From positions 1,637,817-1,701,816 of the forward strand of contig CAVNZM010000013.1 in the NCBI GenBank assembly GCA_963693365.1: a DNA stretch of 64,000 bases, read 5' to 3'. The stretch comes from Amoebidium appalachense. Its lineage: Eukaryota; Protista; Ichthyosporea. Made by a program: the position numbers and the translations under genes. The notes under the pieces were generated by a model. That model saw only the letters and a list, made by a program, of their open reading frames with translations. It was not told where the DNA came from and did no database searches. Below are positions 59,891 through 64,000 of the stretch, in pieces. Position 1 is the first letter of the stretch. Every line of letters begins with the position of its first letter.

Positions 59891-60414
59891 GGGGGAGGGG
59901 GAGAAAGGGAGATATAACCGTATGCATCGATTTCAAGCCAGTGGCAAGCTCTAAAAATCCGTCTGTAGCTCCCAGAATAAACATACACATGTACACTTCA
60001 TTTTCTTACATCCCATGGTTGCGACAGGATTGCACCGGTGCCTGCGTAAACAGATTTTTACACGTTCCGTAAAAAATATCCAGGTTTGCACACACTGTTT
60101 GATACGGCCATGATGTCATTTACAGAACGCAAAGTTTACCGAATATCAAATCCGATTCGGAAGAATCATCATCACAACATACCTACTCCTCAAGACCCAG
60201 CCGATATCACGTAACCTGTTACGTAGTCTCACCCCCCCCCCCCCAAAAAAAAAAAAAAGAAAAAAAAAAACACCACCACCATACATGTACACTCCTCTTG
60301 TTCTCTCTAGCTTTTGCCAGTGCATGTAATGTGCATTTGAGGTTCTTTACACGCACACACACACACAGACACATGAATCACCTATCGCAAAACACGATTG
60401 AAAAACTCAAAACA

Positions 60415-60536
60415 TCACGAAGACTCTTCCTTGCTTGCTGCTGTGGCGTCGACCTGAGCATCGCGGAATACGGGTGCTCTCTTTTCCCGGATTGCGGCGA
60501 CACCCTCCAAAACGTGGCCACTGGCATACGCAATGG

Positions 60537-60610
<74 letters not shown>

Positions 60611-61029
60611 CGTGCGTGGGTGCGTGTCTTGTGTGTGCATGCATGTTCGCCCACGGTTGAGGGAGGTTAGATATCAGAGCACGGGGGAGGGGGGAGGGGA
60701 GGGGGGGGGGGGGGGGGTTTGAATGCGGAACACGGTACGAAATACGCATACACGACGAGAGGCATGGTGCAGGACACATGCAAAGGCAAACATTCAAGTA
60801 TGCAACATCAGCCATGTGCACAGTATGCGTCATAAGCAGAGCCCATCCTCAGGGAGGACCCAAGTCATCAATTGCGTCTGAGTTTCGACCCCTTAGCCCG
60901 CGTAAATACGACGCTCCAACTCAGACAGCAGCATCAACTGAACTTGGGCGGGTCAACCCGTCTTGATCAAAGACGAGCAGGGTTGCTTATGCAAGCAAGG
61001 TGAGCAAAACGGTGAAGATGTGTGTGCAA

Positions 61030-61061
<32 letters not shown>

Positions 61062-61106
61062 TGAGAGCTATTTTACTTGTGCCTATGCCTCCACATACAC
61101 AGTATT

Positions 61107-61163
<57 letters not shown>

Positions 61164-61211
61164 GGGGGGCGCGGTAACATTTTGAGCGTAAGGTGCGTAA
61201 ATTTAAAGGCA

Positions 61212-61256
<45 letters not shown>

Positions 61257-62464
61257 GCGCATGCATGCATGCATTCATATGTGCGCGTATGCGAGGTGTG
61301 CGCATGCAAATGCCTGTTTCTGTTTTTTTTTGTAGGCCTGTACGTATGCGCATATGCATTTGCATATCTTACCTGTGCGCACATACATGTGTATTTCTGC
61401 CTGTGTGCATGTGAATACATGTAATGTATGCTTGTACTTGCATATGTGTGTGCATCGGCTGTGCACACACCTTCTGTTCCACCTCTCTATCCAAGTCCAT
61501 GCTCAGGCCCATATCCCCCTGCAGTCTAAGTGATTGCCTCCCTCTCACGATGTGTTTGTGTACGTGTGCATGTGTGTGTAATGTGTGTGCATATTTGCCC
61601 GTGTGAACATGTGTAATCTGCTTAAGCACAAGGGAACAAAAGTGTGTATCTATATGTACATACATGTACATATATCCAAATAGTATCAGTGCACCCACCT
61701 GTTGCTCTGCCTCTCTATTCAAGTCATTGCTCAACATATCCCCCTGCAATCTCTGTGTCTGCATATGTGCATGTTTGTATCTGCCTGTGTCTGTATGTGT
61801 GCACATCTGTCCGCATATCTGACCGATATGCACATGTACGTGCGTGTGCATAGATGATGCAATTGCACGTGCAAAAACTAATAGTAGCAGTACACCCACC
61901 TGTTGTTCTGCCTCTCTATCCAAGTCCTTGCTCAGGCCCATATCCCCCTGCAGTCTCAGTGTCTGCACCACACTCCTCACAGCCACGGGAGATGCTTGTG
62001 CAATCTTGCGTGCCATCTTGAGCGCAGCACCAAGAAGCTCGGCCGGTGGGTGCACGGAGAGAACAGCTCCTAGTTGTTGCATTTCCTCAGCCCTACGTGT
62101 ACGTGTGTGTGTGTGTGTGGGAGGTGAGTGGGTGGGGGGATAGTGGGGGAGGGGGAGGGGGGAATAGCTGGCGGGGGAGGGGGGGGGGGGGGGGGGGGGG
62201 GTAAAGGAGGGGCAGGGGGGAGTTTTGGAGGGATGAGGTGCAAGGGGGGAGGGTGTGTGTTTTGAGCATGGGCATGGGTGGGTCGGTTGGTGGTGGTGGG
62301 GTAGGGTTGGGGTTTGAGGGGGGGGGGGGGGAGGGGGGGGAGGGAGGGGGGGGGGGGGGGGGGGGGGGGGGGTTAGAATGTGGAATACGGTACGAAGTAC
62401 AACCACATGATGAAAGACACGGTGCAGGACACATGCAAAGGCAAACATCAAAGTATGCAACATC

Positions 62465-62525
<61 letters not shown>

Positions 62526-63282
62526 AGGGGAGTCCGTATGTGTGTGTGTATGTTTAGAGGAAGGGGGAGGGGGGAGGGGAGAAGGGGGGAGGGAGGGAGG
62601 GGGGGGGGGGGGGGGGGGGGGGGGAGGGGGTGCTCAGGCAGTATGAGGTGGCTCTCTGGGTGGGTGGGCATTTCAGAGTGGGATTGGCGTTGGCGTTGGT
62701 CGTGGTGGTGGTGGCAGTGGCAGGTGGTGGTGGTGGTGGGGTGGGGGGGGGGGGGGGGGGGGGGGGGGGGTTGTGTGTGTTATAAGGTACGAAGTACACA
62801 ATCATAATGGAAAATATGATGCAGAATGCAAACCACACAAGGAGTATGCATCATAGGCGGAGTCCATGCTCAGAGATGGGCCAGGTCATCCACAGAACCC
62901 GAATTGGGGACGGGGGCCGGGGGGGGGGGGGGGGAGAAAGGGGAGTGGAGAGGGGGAGGGGGCGGGGAGGAAGGGAGGGGGGGGGATTGTGTTGCTTTGT
63001 GCCAAGAAACCACTCGAGCCAGGCGCGCCGGGGTGGGGTTGAGTATTTAGAATTTATTATAGAGTACGAAGTACAGATTCATAATGGACAACACAATGCA
63101 AATTGCCGTGCACACAAAAAGAGTAAGTGCATAATAAGCAGAGCCCATGAAGGGGAAAGAGCTAAGGGGAGGTTGGGGGGGGGGGGGGGGGGAATGATAC
63201 TTCAGAATGTCGCCTGTGAGGAAAAGGCGGGCAGCCACTTGATGATTGGTCAGTAGGGGGACAAAGTGGGACCCACCCATGC
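60415..63282 (-). CDS. Enoyl-CoA hydratase/isomerase (crotonase) family protein, 3' part; exons 63201-63282, 61900-62092, 60415-60537; 5' exons lie beyond the window
   Basis: GMGGSHFVPLLTNHQVAARLFLTGDILKAEEMQQLGAV...LLGAALKMARKIAQASPVAVRSVVQTLR...LDREAEQQAIAYASGHVLEGVAAIREKRAPVF is a typical crotonase C-terminal half; splice phases are consistent. Confidence 0.9.
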
Positions 63283-63286
63283 CTGT

Positions 63287-63400
<114 letters not shown>

Positions 63401-63814
63401 GAACGTGATGTCTGTGTAAGAAGGTGTTTGCATCTATGTGCAAGAGAGTGTGTATGTGAGTGTAGGTAGATGTGTGTAAGCATTCGTGCGTGTGTATGTG
63501 TAGGTTGTGTCTGTGTGTTCATTCTCCTGTGAGAAAGAGCGAGAGAGAGAGAGAAAGAGTAACTGGTTGTAAGTGGTGTGCAGGGGGGGGGGGGAGGGGG
63601 GGAGGGAGGGAGGAGAGAGAGAGCGAGCGAACGAGAGAGAGGGGAGGGAAGATGTAGCAGAAAGCAAGGGAGGGGAAATTAGGTTGGGATGGGGTTGGGG
63701 AGAAGATGTCCGTGCAACTCATAAACCCTTCCAGCAAAGGGAGATAGGGAGAGAGATACAGAGAGAGATGGGGGGGGGGGGGGGGGGGGGGGGGGAGGGG
63801 GGGGGAGGGGGGGG

Positions 63815-63904
<90 letters not shown>

Positions 63905-64000
63905 GAGAGAAAGAGAGAGGACAGGGACACACAGAGAGAGGGGGAGACCAGGGGGGTTTTGAATGCGGAACACGGTACGAAGTAAACATACACGATGAGA

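Noticed and set aside
60721-60853. Hammerhead ribozyme in the intronic repeat family (CTGAGGA and CGAA motifs)
   Set aside because: The CUGANGA and GAAA cores fall on opposite strands and no stems I-III could be built.

Overview
Eukaryotic, intron-rich DNA saturated with (CA)n, (CT)n and poly-G/poly-C tracts. Almost all short ORFs in the supplied track are microsatellite artefacts. Intron positions that match human RAD51 and SDHC (human exon sizes recalled, not looked up) point to an opisthokont, possibly a unicellular holozoan; this is inference. Host genes reconstructed by hand from splice sites: a DJ-1/PfpI (Hsp31-like) gene at the left edge, complete RAD51 (9 coding exons), complete SDHC (5 exons), the 3' part of an enoyl-CoA hydratase, a run of thrombospondin type-1 exons, tRNA-Arg(ACG), an intronless membrane-protein ORF and two orphan genes. 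Mobile elements: a ~420 bp MITE, a 677 bp TRIM whose LTRs each contain a tRNA-like gene, a 5'-truncated RNase H-bearing LINE, and a young 7.7 kb Ty3/gypsy chromovirus. The best candidates for new biology are (1) the tRNA-carrying TRIM, (2) the chromovirus primer-binding site, which complements the 5' end of tRNA-Ala rather than a CCA end, together with an in-frame gag UAG followed by stem-loops, and (3) splice acceptors built directly on (CA)n repeats.
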